Of a stretch of DNA of 64,000 bases, positions 20,806 to 31,541 are shown piece after piece. This DNA is from Candidatus Bathyarchaeota archaeon (lineage in GTDB: Archaea; Thermoproteota; Bathyarchaeia; Bathyarchaeales; Bathycorpusculaceae): assembly GCA_963811105.1 (NCBI GenBank), contig CAWEPZ010000011.1, positions 1,184,001 to 1,248,000 of the forward strand. The letters run 5' to 3'. How positions within the stretch are numbered: the stretch's first letter is position 1; each line of letters starts with the position of its first letter. Both the position numbers and the translations under genes were made by a program. The notes under the pieces were generated by a model. That model worked only from the letters and a program-made list of their open reading frames with translations. It had not been told where the DNA came from and made no database searches.

Positions 20806-21995
20806 GTAACATGACTGCAAAAACTCTGGTTTCACATACTATGCGAATTGCCTGGAAAGACCTAACTGAACTATTCAGAAACAGGCTTGGCCTAGTTCTG
20901 CTCATAGTAATGCCGCTGTTCATGATGGTTATGGTTGGTTTCATCTATCCGTCCAACGGAACGGTAACTAACCTACAAGTTGGCTTGGTTAATGACGATT
21001 TAGGTTTCCATAATTCAACCGCTCCAAGTCAAAGCTTCATCATGGGTTTGCAAGCGTTTAACAGCCAAACTCACCTGCTAGATCTCTCCAACATATCCAG
21101 CGCAGCGGAAATCAAAGATATGGTTCAGAGAGGAAACATTGAAGGGGGCATAATAATACCAAGCAATTTCTCTCAGAGTATGATGACGGGGCAGCAGGCT
21201 ACTCTAATTATCGTTAGTGACGAATCAAACCCACAAATCTCAGCAACTATTAATGGAGCCCTTAAAGGAGTGTTTGACGCAATGGGAACCACCCTCGCTC
21301 AACACAATGTGGAACCTTTGAACGCGACAAACACTTTAGCAATTGTAAAACCATTTAACGTGCAAACGCAAGGCGTTGTCTCAGGCAATCCAAGTTACTT
21401 TGATTTTATCGCTCCAGGAATAATGGCCATGACCGTTATGATGAGTGTCATGACTGGATTGCCAGTTGCTATCTCGCAAGAGAAAGAAATTGGAACAATG
21501 GATGGCATGATGGTGGCGCCAATCAATAGGCTGTCAATTATTCTCGGTAAAACTCTTGGGCAAACTGCCAGAGGCTTGATTCAAGGAGTCATCATACTAT
21601 TGTTGGCTGTTGGCATATTTGGAGTAGCAATCCAAGGGAGCATAATCCTCGTATTCGCTTTACTTCTACTGGGAGTATTCGCCTTCGTTGGCTTAGGCAT
21701 AGTGATAACATCATTTACAAAAGATCAAGAGACCGCACAGATGCTTATGATGACACTGATGTTTCCAATGATGTTCCTCAGCGGAGTCTTCTTCCCCATC
21801 CAACAGATGCCATGGTATATGCAAGATATCTCAAAGGTCCTACCCCTAACCTACGCTTCACAAGCACTCCGAAAAGTCATGGTATTAGGCGCTGGAATCC
21901 CTGCGATATCCACTGAACTCATAGTGTTGATTGTATTCGGAGCCGTAATGATAGCAATTGCAGTACCTGTATTCAGAAGAATGATGACACGATAG
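20802..21995 (+). CDS. ABC-2 type permease
   Basis: EKEIGT....VAP, FLSGVFFP, multiple TM helices. Confidence 0.92.
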   Translation: MSNMTAKTLVSHTMRIAWKDLTELFRNRLGLVLLIVMPLFMMVMVGFIYPSNGTVTNLQVGLVNDDLGFHNSTAPSQSFIMGLQAFNSQTHLLDLSNISSAAEIKDMVQRGNIEGGIIIPSNFSQSMMTGQQATLIIVSDESNPQISATINGALKGVFDAMGTTLAQHNVEPLNATNTLAIVKPFNVQTQGVVSGNPSYFDFIAPGIMAMTVMMSVMTGLPVAISQEKEIGTMDGMMVAPINRLSIILGKTLGQTARGLIQGVIILLLAVGIFGVAIQGSIILVFALLLLGVFAFVGLGIVITSFTKDQETAQMLMMTLMFPMMFLSGVFFPIQQMPWYMQDISKVLPLTYASQALRKVMVLGAGIPAISTELIVLIVFGAVMIAIAVPVFRRMMTR

Positions 21996-22013
21996 AACCC
22001 AGGAGAAAGAATC

Positions 22014-22169
22014 TTGAGTACGCTTTGCTCCAAATGCCCCTTTTTTCAACTCGCTCCCCTGATAAGGCGTAAGAATGCGCGCAAAAGATGCCGAATTGAA
22101 CCACAAAGGCAACTCCGAATCTACGAATGCAAAGACTATCCTGAAAAAAAGGGACTTTTCAGACGGTAA
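22014..22169 (+). CDS. Small 4-Cys protein (51 aa), not in ORF track
   Basis: AGGAG SD, TTG start; MSTLCSKCPFFQLAPLIRRKNARKRCRIEPQRQLRIYECKDYPEKKGLFRR. Confidence 0.6.
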   Translation: MSTLCSKCPFFQLAPLIRRKNARKRCRIEPQRQLRIYECKDYPEKKGLFRR

Positions 22170-22268
22170 TTTTTCATTTTCCTTAACTGTTTTTAGACCT
22201 TTTTGTCATTATCCCCGTCATGGTTTTATATTCTGCACGCATAGAACTCCAAAGAAGAGAAAATAGCT

Positions 22269-23711
22269 ATGTCAGATACCGGAGTAACCGTAAAGAAAAA
22301 TCAAGACTTCTCCGAATGGTATGTAGAGGTAGTTTTGAAAGCGGGACTTGCGGATTACGCGCCTGTCAAAGGCTGCATGATTATCCGTGAAGATGCTTAC
22401 GCTGTGTGGGAGAAAATTCAAGAAATTCTAAACCAAAAAATCAAGGCTACGGGGCATCGAAATGTGTACTTTCCAATGTTTATTCCAGAAGCTTTCTTAA
22501 AAAAGGAGGCTGAGCATTTTGCTGGTTTCACGCCTGAAGTTGCGTGGATTACCATGGGCGGTGACACGATGCTTGAGGAAAGACTGGCGGTTAGACCAAC
22601 TAGTGAAACAATAATATATGACACGTTCAACAAGTGGATACGCAGCTGGCGTGACTTACCAATTAAAATTAATCAGTGGTGCAACATTGTAAGGTGGGAA
22701 ACAAAAGCCACTAAATTGTTTTTACGTACAAGGGAATTTCTCTGGCAAGAAGGACATACAGCACACGCATCAAGTGAAGAAGCAGAGGCGGAAGTCCTGT
22801 ATGCCCTAAACGAGTACAAAGATATAATTGAGAATTACCTTGCTATCCCAGTGCTGGTTGGTACTAAGAGTGACAGCGAAAAATTTGCTGGAGCCCTATA
22901 TACCACCGCGTTGGAGTCGATTATGCCTGATGGTAAAGCGCTGCAGATGGGAACTAGCCATAACTTGGGGCAGCATTTTGCCAAAGTGTTTGATATCAAA
23001 TACATTGGCGAAGACAAAGTTGACCATTATGTTTGGCAAACTAGCTGGGGCATAACTACACGGCTAATTGGCGCTATGATTATGGTTCACGGTGACGACA
23101 AGGGTTTAATTATGCCGCCAAAAGTTGCGCCTTTCCAAGTTGTTATTGTTCCAATACTTTTCAAGGGTGCCGAGCCAGAGGCAATCAAGGCTAAAGCCAA
23201 GGAAATCTCTGAACACCTAAAAGCCCAAGGCTTTAATGTTATTTTAGATTCACGGGATGAGTATACGCCAGGCTGGAAGTTTAACCAATGGGAACTCAAA
23301 GGCGTGCCTATCCGCATTGAAATTGGTCCACGTGATCTCAAACAAGGGCAAGTTGTAATAGTTAGACGGGACACAGGCCAAAAAACACCAGTTAAAGAAG
23401 CAGACATACCAGTCACCGTCGAAAAGCTTCTGCAGGAAATTCAGGATAACCTATTTGCCAAAGCCAAAGCTATAATGCAAGAAAAAACCACCAGTGTACA
23501 AAGTTATGAGGAGTTCAAAGCAGTCATTTGTGACAAAGGCGGCTTTGTGAAGGCAGCGTGGTGTGGAAACGCTGATGATGAAGCAAAGATTAAGGATGAA
23601 ACAGGCGCAACCATCAGAGTTCGTCCTTTCCAACCAGAAGAGCCAAAAACAAATTGTATTTACTGTGGACAGAAAGCTAAAGAAACGGTGTATTTTGCTC
23701 GATCATATTGA
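22269..23711 (+). CDS. proS: Proline--tRNA ligase (archaeal/eukaryotic type)
   Basis: RPTSET, FLRTREFLWQEGHT, QTSWG, C-terminal ARSY. Confidence 0.97.
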   Translation: MSDTGVTVKKNQDFSEWYVEVVLKAGLADYAPVKGCMIIREDAYAVWEKIQEILNQKIKATGHRNVYFPMFIPEAFLKKEAEHFAGFTPEVAWITMGGDTMLEERLAVRPTSETIIYDTFNKWIRSWRDLPIKINQWCNIVRWETKATKLFLRTREFLWQEGHTAHASSEEAEAEVLYALNEYKDIIENYLAIPVLVGTKSDSEKFAGALYTTALESIMPDGKALQMGTSHNLGQHFAKVFDIKYIGEDKVDHYVWQTSWGITTRLIGAMIMVHGDDKGLIMPPKVAPFQVVIVPILFKGAEPEAIKAKAKEISEHLKAQGFNVILDSRDEYTPGWKFNQWELKGVPIRIEIGPRDLKQGQVVIVRRDTGQKTPVKEADIPVTVEKLLQEIQDNLFAKAKAIMQEKTTSVQSYEEFKAVICDKGGFVKAAWCGNADDEAKIKDETGATIRVRPFQPEEPKTNCIYCGQKAKETVYFARSY

Positions 23712-23718
23712 CAAGAGG

Positions 23719-25554
23719 TTATTCTTCTAAATTAACGTAAGTATTCAGCTGTTTAGCTTCCTGGGCTAAACCTAACTGATTTAAAGTGGCTTTCGTAGGT
23801 ACTCCACGTTCATCCCATCTCCTCTTCTGATAATAGCTACTTAACATACTGTTGTACTTCTCCATACTAAGCAACGAGCCTTTTAATGCGCCTTCAGTCA
23901 AGGGTTCTTTAAACCACCTCATAGGCGGCACATCCAAGTTCCGACTCCATTTTTCCCTGTATTCCCGCACCCAAAAAGCCCGCATCAAAGTTAGGATTCT
24001 ATCGCTGATTTGATTTAGCTGCTCCAAAGAAAAATCTATTCCAGTTGAAGCTTTGAGGTATTTCTGATACCATTCAAGTTCGAAGCCAAGTGAGTTGTAA
24101 GGGAAACGGCAGACAGTTAATGCTTCAAAGAGTCCACCACGGATAAGCTGGGTTTTAATCAGGAAATCAACTTTGGCTGAATCGTAATTCTCTCGACCAG
24201 CTTTAATCTCCCACGTTATAAGCCAAGCATCTTTGTGGTGCGCACCGATGGAGTTTGTGCCATAAGCTAAAGCCATACCTGGTGCTGCATGGCAATCGTA
24301 GGCCGAGATTTCTAAGCCTTTAACGTGCATTGCCCAATCGCTTGACCCCTTACCAATTACGTCGGAAGCTGAACGGACGCCTTCAGATAGGATTAAACCT
24401 AAACCCCGCCTGTAAGCAATATCATTAATGAGTACCTTAATTTTTTCAAACTCCCCCCAGCCTATTTTATCCGTTATCAATCCTTTCTCGGAGGCTTCCA
24501 TGGCGAATCCTATTGAATTCCCAAGAGAGATAGCGTCTATCCCAAGCTGGTCAGCCATGCGGTTCAAATTGGAGACCTGTGCAAGATTGCCCAGGCCAAT
24601 GTTGGAACCCAACATAACAACATTCTCATAATCCAATTCAGAATCTTTCTCTTCATTATCCTTTACAACGTTTCCGCAAGTCATGTTGCATTGTGGACAA
24701 CCACGGTTTGAAATCTTAATTTTTTCCATAGCAAACCCGCTGATCGCCTCAGCGTTATCAAAAACAGCTTGCCTATAATTGAAAGTTGGAAGGGCACCAT
24801 TTTCCTGTGACCACTCTACTGTTGACATGGTTCCTTGCCTCTTCCAAAACTGGTAGAGCGGTTTAGTTAGGATTTCTTTGTAGCCGTCTGCTGCCAACTT
24901 TTTCATCTCACCTGGGTCAGCGATGGGGATTTGACCAGTGCCTTCGATTACGATCGCTTTCAGGTTTTTGGAGCCCATGACAGCACCCATTCCAGGTCGT
25001 CCACCAGAGCGTCCGTTTTGGGAAACAACGGTTGCAAACTTTACTAAGTTTTCTCCAGCCGGACCTATTGATACTATGCCTGCGGTGGGGGAGAACATTC
25101 TTCTCAACTGCTCGTCTGTTTCGAAGCAGTTTAAGCCCCAGAAATCTTGAGCGTCAAGGAACTCACAGGATGCATCAACAACGTGAACGATAATGTGCTT
25201 AGGTGCTTTGCCCTCAACAACCAGTGCGTCGTAACCAGCCTTGCGCATGTTTACAGCTGCCAGTGTTCCCATGTTTCCATCGCCGTAACCGCCAGTCAAG
25301 GGACTTTTTGAGGCAACAACAAGTTTGCCGCTATTAGGTAAACCAATGGCTGTTAACGGACCAGTGGCGAAAATTAGCTTGTTCTCAGGTGACAATGGAT
25401 CTATTCCCTGTTTTAGGGTGTCCCAGAGGATCTTGACGGCAAAGCCTCTGCCTCCTAGAAAATTCAATGCTAAGCTTTCGCTGTATTGTTGGGATAAAGC
25501 TTTGCGTTTGGTTAAATCAATATTTAGAAAATTACCAGTCCATCCAAACATCAT
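23719..25554 (-). CDS. Tungsten-containing aldehyde:ferredoxin oxidoreductase (FOR-like)
   Basis: SKSPLTG, GAVMGSKNLKA, CPQCNMTC, DYEN, GMALAYGT..IGAHHKDAW. Confidence 0.92.
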   Translation of the reverse strand: MMFGWTGNFLNIDLTKRKALSQQYSESLALNFLGGRGFAVKILWDTLKQGIDPLSPENKLIFATGPLTAIGLPNSGKLVVASKSPLTGGYGDGNMGTLAAVNMRKAGYDALVVEGKAPKHIIVHVVDASCEFLDAQDFWGLNCFETDEQLRRMFSPTAGIVSIGPAGENLVKFATVVSQNGRSGGRPGMGAVMGSKNLKAIVIEGTGQIPIADPGEMKKLAADGYKEILTKPLYQFWKRQGTMSTVEWSQENGALPTFNYRQAVFDNAEAISGFAMEKIKISNRGCPQCNMTCGNVVKDNEEKDSELDYENVVMLGSNIGLGNLAQVSNLNRMADQLGIDAISLGNSIGFAMEASEKGLITDKIGWGEFEKIKVLINDIAYRRGLGLILSEGVRSASDVIGKGSSDWAMHVKGLEISAYDCHAAPGMALAYGTNSIGAHHKDAWLITWEIKAGRENYDSAKVDFLIKTQLIRGGLFEALTVCRFPYNSLGFELEWYQKYLKASTGIDFSLEQLNQISDRILTLMRAFWVREYREKWSRNLDVPPMRWFKEPLTEGALKGSLLSMEKYNSMLSSYYQKRRWDERGVPTKATLNQLGLAQEAKQLNTYVNLEE

Positions 25555-25716
25555 TACTCACCAAAACTCAGGCTACATCAGAAAGAAAATCGAAAATAAA
25601 AATATGCCGAGAAATAAAAGACATCCTTTCTTAGTTGCCTTAAGACTGTTGATTCTGTGATCTTAGGAAGATTTATTTTTTCGGTTAGCAAGTGTTCTGG
25701 TTACAGGTAACATAAA

Positions 25717-26931
25717 TTGGGCATCAAAGTGACAAGCAGAGCATCGAATATAGAGTATGCGATTCGGGATGTAATAGTACATACAAAACAACTAATAGAA
25801 AACGGCAAAAAAATTTATTACCTAAACATCGGTGATCCCGCCGCATTTGATTTTAAAACTCCAAAAAGTCTTAAAGATGCTTTATGTCAGGCAATTGCGA
25901 AAGAGGATAATTATTATTCACCTTCAGAAGGACTGCTTGAACTTAGAATAGCCGTGGCAAAAAAAGAGAAAAAAATTAATAATGTTGACATTTCAGCGGA
26001 TGATGTACTGGTAACTGAGGGCATTTCAGAAGGGATTCAAATGCTGATGGGTGCCCTCGTTGAGAAAGGCGACGAAATCCTTTTTCCTGGTCCAACTTAT
26101 CCACCTTACATTTCATATACTAAATTTTTCGATGGAAAACCAGTTGCTTACGAGACAATCGAAAATGAAGGTTGGCAGCCAAACATCGACGACTTAAGAA
26201 GCAAAATAACCAAAAAAACAAGGGCAATAGTCATAATTAACCCCAATAATCCTACAGGAGCGGTCTATAGTGAGAAAACAGTTAAGGAAATCCTTGACAT
26301 AGCAGGCGAACACAACTTACCTGTATTATCTGACGAAATTTACGATCAATTAACATATGAAAAGGAATTCGTTAGCACTGCTTACCTTTCAAAAGATGTG
26401 CCCGTTGTCGGGTTAAACGGCTTCTCGAAAGTCTACCAGATGACAGGCTGGCGTTTGGGCTACATATACTTTAAAGGCGAGGGTAAAAAACTAGATCAAT
26501 TAAGAGAGGGAGTGGAGAAAGAGTGCCGAATTCGAATTTGTGCCAACACACCCGTACAGATTGCGGCGACAGCCGCGCTTAATGGACCACAGGATTTCGT
26601 GCAGGATATAGTTGATAGGCTAAGACAAAGAAGAGACTTCGCTTGGAAACGACTAAACGAAATTCAAGGAATAAGTACAACCAAGCCTGAAGGAGCATTC
26701 TACATTTTCCCAAAGATTCATGATGTTGGCTCTATTTGGAAGACTGACATGGAATTTGTCGTTGACTTGCTGAAGCAAACCGGTGTCCTCATTGTTAATG
26801 GTTCAGGTTTTGACCCATTTTACGGCAAAGGACATGCCCGTGCAGTTTTTCTGCCGCCCATTGAAGAGTTGGATGAAGCTTTCAACGCTCTGGAAGGATT
26901 CATGAAGAAAAGAAAAAACAACAAACCGTAG
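25717..26931 (+). CDS. Class I PLP aminotransferase (alanine aminotransferase-like)
   Basis: EYAIRD, LNIGDP, NPNNPTG, DEIY, SKVYQMTGWRLG. Confidence 0.9.
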   Translation: MGIKVTSRASNIEYAIRDVIVHTKQLIENGKKIYYLNIGDPAAFDFKTPKSLKDALCQAIAKEDNYYSPSEGLLELRIAVAKKEKKINNVDISADDVLVTEGISEGIQMLMGALVEKGDEILFPGPTYPPYISYTKFFDGKPVAYETIENEGWQPNIDDLRSKITKKTRAIVIINPNNPTGAVYSEKTVKEILDIAGEHNLPVLSDEIYDQLTYEKEFVSTAYLSKDVPVVGLNGFSKVYQMTGWRLGYIYFKGEGKKLDQLREGVEKECRIRICANTPVQIAATAALNGPQDFVQDIVDRLRQRRDFAWKRLNEIQGISTTKPEGAFYIFPKIHDVGSIWKTDMEFVVDLLKQTGVLIVNGSGFDPFYGKGHARAVFLPPIEELDEAFNALEGFMKKRKNNKP

Positions 26932-27162
26932 CATCATACTTCCTGCTCTTCTTTTGTCCACATTCAGCCTCCAAAAAAGTGGACCCACTTTCCCCACCGT
27001 AATAGATAGAGGGATTACCAACTGTTGAAGTGTACTCCTTCTAATCTCGAATTAAACGATGACCATAGGTGCTCGAAAAATTATCGAAAACACAATGCAT
27101 ATTAACGCATACAACAATCAAAACTTAATTTTTACAGCCTCAAATTTGGAGTGGACAAAAGT

Positions 27163-28350
27163 ATGGTTAATGTTATTTTAAAGGATGGCGTTAACTGGGT
27201 TGGCGCTGTTGACTGGAACTTAAGAGACTTCCATGGGTACAATACCAACAGGGGAAGCTCATACAACGCCTACTTAATAAGAGATGAGAAAACAGCGCTT
27301 GTTGACACAGTTAAGAGCCAATTTTGTGACGACCTAATATCGCATGTTACTGAATTAACAAGTTTTGAAAAAATCGATTACATCATAGTTAACCATGTAG
27401 AAATGGATCATTCCAGCAGCCTACCTAGAATTGCGAAGCTTGCAAAAAACGCCAAAATTCTGGCTTCGGCGAGGGGCAAAGATGAGTTAATCAAACATTA
27501 CGGTCATGACTTTGATATGGTTGAAACTGTGAAAACTGGCGATGAACTAAAGCTAGGGAGGAAAACGCTGCGGTTTTTGGAGGCTCCTATGCTTCATTGG
27601 CCTGACAGCATGTTTACTTATGATGTTGAAGATAAAATCTTGTTGCCCAACGACGCTTTTGGACAACACCTTGCCAGTTCAGGGAGGTACGACGACGAGG
27701 TTGACGACCATGTCCTTATGGAAGAAGCGGCTATGTACTATGCTAATATCCTGATGCCGTTTGCCCCTTTGATAACGCGCAAGATTCAGGAGGTTATCGG
27801 TATGAAACTTGAAATTGACATGATTGCTCCAAGCCATGGAATAATCTGGCGAAAAGACCCAATGAAAATCGTCAACGCGTATCTCAAGTGGAGTTCAATG
27901 GAGAGCAAAAATAAGGTTGTTATAGTTTTTGACACCATGTGGCATAGCACAGATACGATGGCAAGAGCCATTGCCGACGGCGTAATTAGCCAGGGCGTAG
28001 AAGCTAGACTCTACAAGCTACGCTCTTACAGCATTTCAGAAGCCATGACCGAAATCCTTGATGCAAAAGCGGTTCTTGTTGGTTCACCAACACTTAACAA
28101 TGGAATGTTCCCAACCCTTGGCCAATTTCTAACATACGCGACAGGATTGAAGCCTAAAGACAAACTCTGGGCTTTCTTCGGCTCCTACGGATGGGGAGGC
28201 GGCGCAGTGAAAAGCATGGTTGACATGGCGAAAAAGGCAGGCTTTGATGTACAAGAACCAGGCGTTGAAGTGAAGTTTGTTCCTGACAAAGAGGATTTGA
28301 AAAAGTGCTTTGAGTTTGGGCTGCAAATAGCCCAAAAAATCAAAGCATAA
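27163..28350 (+). CDS. fprA: Flavodiiron protein FprA
   Basis: NHVEMDHS, HWPDSM, DAFGQH, PSHG, C-terminal flavodoxin with FGSYGW. Confidence 0.95.
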   Translation: MVNVILKDGVNWVGAVDWNLRDFHGYNTNRGSSYNAYLIRDEKTALVDTVKSQFCDDLISHVTELTSFEKIDYIIVNHVEMDHSSSLPRIAKLAKNAKILASARGKDELIKHYGHDFDMVETVKTGDELKLGRKTLRFLEAPMLHWPDSMFTYDVEDKILLPNDAFGQHLASSGRYDDEVDDHVLMEEAAMYYANILMPFAPLITRKIQEVIGMKLEIDMIAPSHGIIWRKDPMKIVNAYLKWSSMESKNKVVIVFDTMWHSTDTMARAIADGVISQGVEARLYKLRSYSISEAMTEILDAKAVLVGSPTLNNGMFPTLGQFLTYATGLKPKDKLWAFFGSYGWGGGAVKSMVDMAKKAGFDVQEPGVEVKFVPDKEDLKKCFEFGLQIAQKIKA

Positions 28351-28353
28351 TTT

Positions 28354-28857
28354 TTATGTTATTTTCATAAATTTCTCTTTGGCCGTTGCACAGATAGGGC
28401 AATTATCGGGTGTTGAGCCTTCAAAAGTGTTTCCGCAAACTGGGCACACATAGTAATCCGCATGTGAAGGGCGCATCTTGTTTTTCAATGCGTCAAGAGC
28501 TTTCTGATAAAGAGTTGCATGGATTTGCTCCACCCTATTTGCGTAGTCAAAGCTCAATTGGGCAGGTTTATTTGCCTCTTTTTTGGCTTCCTCAATAAAT
28601 TCAGGGTACATTTCTTTGAATTCATAGGTTTCGCCAGATACAGCTGTACCAAGGTTGTCAATAGTTGATTTCACCTGCTTCATAACTCTGAGATGGTTGA
28701 GGGCATGAACAGTTTCTGCTTCAGCTGCGGCTTTAAACAACTGAGCAATTTGAGGGAAGCCTTCTTCTTCAGCCTTCTTAGCGAAAGCCAAATACAGTCT
28801 ATTGGCTTGGGATTCGCCTGCGAAAGCAGCTTTAAGATTCTCATCTGTTTTGGTCAT
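28354..28857 (-). CDS. rbr: Rubrerythrin
   Basis: AFAGESQA, AETVHA, C-terminal CPVCG...CPIC. Confidence 0.95.
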   Translation of the reverse strand: MTKTDENLKAAFAGESQANRLYLAFAKKAEEEGFPQIAQLFKAAAEAETVHALNHLRVMKQVKSTIDNLGTAVSGETYEFKEMYPEFIEEAKKEANKPAQLSFDYANRVEQIHATLYQKALDALKNKMRPSHADYYVCPVCGNTFEGSTPDNCPICATAKEKFMKIT

Positions 28858-28968
28858 AAAAATCAATAAAGTAGTAATTTGCCGGAGGGTAATAAGCTAT
28901 ACTAACCCAGCACGAAACAAAGTTTTGCAGCAAGAAGATTTGATCTGGCTTTAAGCGACTGTTTTTTG

Positions 28969-30228
28969 CTATGGACTCGTTTTTTGGAAGCTTTCGTCTG
29001 AATTGCAAAAGAAATAACCGGCAATTATCGAAGCAAAAACTGAGGTTAAGAGTACCAGCCAAGGATTTGTTAAAAGATACATATCAAGTGAAGCTTTGAT
29101 TACAACTACATTCATAGCCATTGGCGCCATAACTGAAAAAATAACCAAAGCTTGATTTCTTTTTCTAAACGCCATTAAGCTGCCAACGATTCCAAAAGCG
29201 AATGTTACCATACCTAGCAGTGAAAGTGGAAGCCAATCAAACGTGTGCAAAATGCCCTCTAAACCAACCAGTCCCCAATACAGGCTTATGAGTGAAGTAA
29301 CTATCAACAAGACCCCTCCGAAAAAGGGAAAACTCGAATGATTAATCACACCCGAATTGTTTGCTTTCCTGGATTTAGAAAAGTGAATCATTACTGCGAC
29401 AAAAGTAAACACTGAACCTAATCCCACTGCGTATAGCCATATTTGCTGGTTTGCATTTTGCGCAAAGCTAAACCCATTGTTTGTGGTGGTCCAGCCTTCT
29501 TTTGACACCTTAACGTTGACGTATGCGGTTGGGAAAAATGTTGAGCTGTTTGAGTAGTAAATACCTTGTGTTTGTGATTTTTGGGCTTTCACACCGTTAA
29601 TAGTTACATTTACACCTTGAACGGTTTTTGGCAGCAAAGTTTGGTTATTATATGTGGCCCATGCAGGCAAGGTTAATCCTTCCTCAGGAAGCAACAGATA
29701 GGTAACATTCACTGAGCTACCAATGTTTCCTAAGTTGCCAGTTTCAGAGCTTACTAAAGCTACTTTGAAAGTATCCCACCAAATAACTGCCGATTTAGAT
29801 AGCAAGCCGAAAACATTTTTTGCTGAATCAACAAGCCCGGCTTTCCATTCTTTGCCATCTGAAGTAGTCAATTTTGTTGGCGTGAAAGTCAAAATGTCAG
29901 CGGTTGATGAGGAATAGTTGAAAATGAAAGTTCCGATAGTAGTATTAAACGATAAAGTCTCTAATAGTTGGTTTTCGCCATTATAGACTTGAATTGTTGC
30001 TGTAGCATTAGAAATGTTCTTTCCATCATCTGCACCGTAACTCCAAAGGGATTCAAACGAAACTGTCCAGGTTCTGCCTACTGCTGTATACATTGGTGAA
30101 TCGGGGGTTGTAGGTTTAATTGTTATGTAATAGTTGGATTGCGTTTGAGCAGTAACATTACTGATGAAAAGCGGAAGAACTAAGAAAATGCCTATCAAAA
30201 TTATCCATGCCAAACGCTTGTATTTCAA
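28969..30228 (-). CDS. Membrane protein with signal peptide, extracellular domain and about five C-terminal TM helices
   Basis: Basic-hydrophobic N-terminus, Thr/Ser-rich beta region with N-x-S/T sequons, hydrophobic C-terminus. Confidence 0.75.
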   Translation of the reverse strand: MKYKRLAWIILIGIFLVLPLFISNVTAQTQSNYYITIKPTTPDSPMYTAVGRTWTVSFESLWSYGADDGKNISNATATIQVYNGENQLLETLSFNTTIGTFIFNYSSSTADILTFTPTKLTTSDGKEWKAGLVDSAKNVFGLLSKSAVIWWDTFKVALVSSETGNLGNIGSSVNVTYLLLPEEGLTLPAWATYNNQTLLPKTVQGVNVTINGVKAQKSQTQGIYYSNSSTFFPTAYVNVKVSKEGWTTTNNGFSFAQNANQQIWLYAVGLGSVFTFVAVMIHFSKSRKANNSGVINHSSFPFFGGVLLIVTSLISLYWGLVGLEGILHTFDWLPLSLLGMVTFAFGIVGSLMAFRKRNQALVIFSVMAPMAMNVVVIKASLDMYLLTNPWLVLLTSVFASIIAGYFFCNSDESFQKTSP

Positions 30229-30409
30229 ACGTAATCTTCCCCCTCAATAGTTCTGTTATGGTGGGTTTTGCTCAATATACTTTTGGGATTTATATTAATC
30301 GTTTGGGGAGTCCAACTATTGAAAAACCATGGTATAGGCTATTTTTGGGTTAAGGTAAAGTATATTAGTTGTTTTTAGCATTGGTTTGGTTGATTTTTAG
30401 GTGAATTTT

Positions 30410-31024
30410 ATGGAGAAAATAAAATCGTTTAGTCTACCTAAACTACCCTATGATTATAATGCTCTTGAACCATACATTTCAGAGCAGCAACTTAAACTTC
30501 ATCACGACAAGCACCACCAAGCCTACGTGAACGGGGCAAACACGGCTTTTGAAAAACTAGACAAAGCACACAGTGAAAACGCTGATTTAGATATGAAAGC
30601 TACACTAAAAGAATTATCCTTCAACATCGGCGGGCATCTTTTACACTCAATTTTCTGGGAAAACATGGCTCCCGCAGGCAAAGGTGGAGGAGGACAACCA
30701 AGTGGAGCAGTGGCTGAAATGATTAACATGGGATTTGGAAGTTTCGAGCGGTTTAAAAAAGAGTTTACAATGGCCGCGACAAGCGTCGAGGGTTCGGGAT
30801 GGGCTGCACTGGCAGTTCACCCATGCATCAGCAGGCCTTTGATAATGCAGATTGAAAAGCACAACGTGAACATTTTCCCCACATTCAACATATTGATGGT
30901 TTTAGATGTTTGGGAACATGCTTACTACATTGACTACAAGAACGAGCGGCCCAAGTTCATTGAAGCCTTCTGGAACGTTGTCAACTGGGGCAGAGTAAAT
31001 AAAAACCTAAGCCTCGTAAAGTAA
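30410..31024 (+). CDS. sod: Fe/Mn superoxide dismutase
   Basis: [26 protein letters not shown]. Confidence 0.97.
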   Translation: MEKIKSFSLPKLPYDYNALEPYISEQQLKLHHDKHHQAYVNGANTAFEKLDKAHSENADLDMKATLKELSFNIGGHLLHSIFWENMAPAGKGGGGQPSGAVAEMINMGFGSFERFKKEFTMAATSVEGSGWAALAVHPCISRPLIMQIEKHNVNIFPTFNILMVLDVWEHAYYIDYKNERPKFIEAFWNVVNWGRVNKNLSLVK

Positions 31025-31118
31025 GCCAGACGCTTACCTTTTTTTTACTCTTTTTTATGTTTAGTTTATAAAAATAGGAGCGCCAAAGCAAAAGCGCTGG
31101 TTTGATATTGGTTTTCTC

Positions 31119-31436
31119 TTATGGGGGAGGTGTAATTTTAATAGCTGCAGCGGGACACTGCATCTCGCAAGCTAGGCATTGTATGCAGTCTTTTTCGCGT
31201 GCTGGATCAGATTTCCTCTCAGAAAGTGGATGCCCAGGGGAGTCAGCCCAATCATATAGTGAAACCGGGCAGACGTCTATGCACACACCATCTCCAATGC
31301 AGGAGTCCCAGTCTACAGCGCTGGATGTTCCATGAATCCCAAGTTTCTGTGGAGCTTCAACTGGGCCCCAAACTTTATGTCCATTATGTTCACTGACGAT
31401 TTGGCGTTTTGTTTGAAAATCAGGGTCGATTGGCAA
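31119..31436 (-). CDS. Zinc-containing dicluster ferredoxin (Zfx-type)
   Basis: IDPDF..EH.GH...LGIHG N-terminal extension; CIGDGVC...CP and CIQCLAC...CP. Confidence 0.85.
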   Translation of the reverse strand: MPIDPDFQTKRQIVSEHNGHKVWGPVEAPQKLGIHGTSSAVDWDSCIGDGVCIDVCPVSLYDWADSPGHPLSERKSDPAREKDCIQCLACEMQCPAAAIKITPPP

Positions 31437-31541
31437 AAAATTCACCATAATAAATTCAGAAACCCCTGAATATTAGGCTTTCTCATTACGATTTTCCGCA
31501 AAGCATTTTGGGACAACTATACTATTTATAGATGATTCCAA

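Noticed and set aside
26932-27150. GC-richer intergenic patch as a possible ncRNA or small ORF
   Set aside because: No convincing stem-loop, C/D boxes or protein motif could be supported
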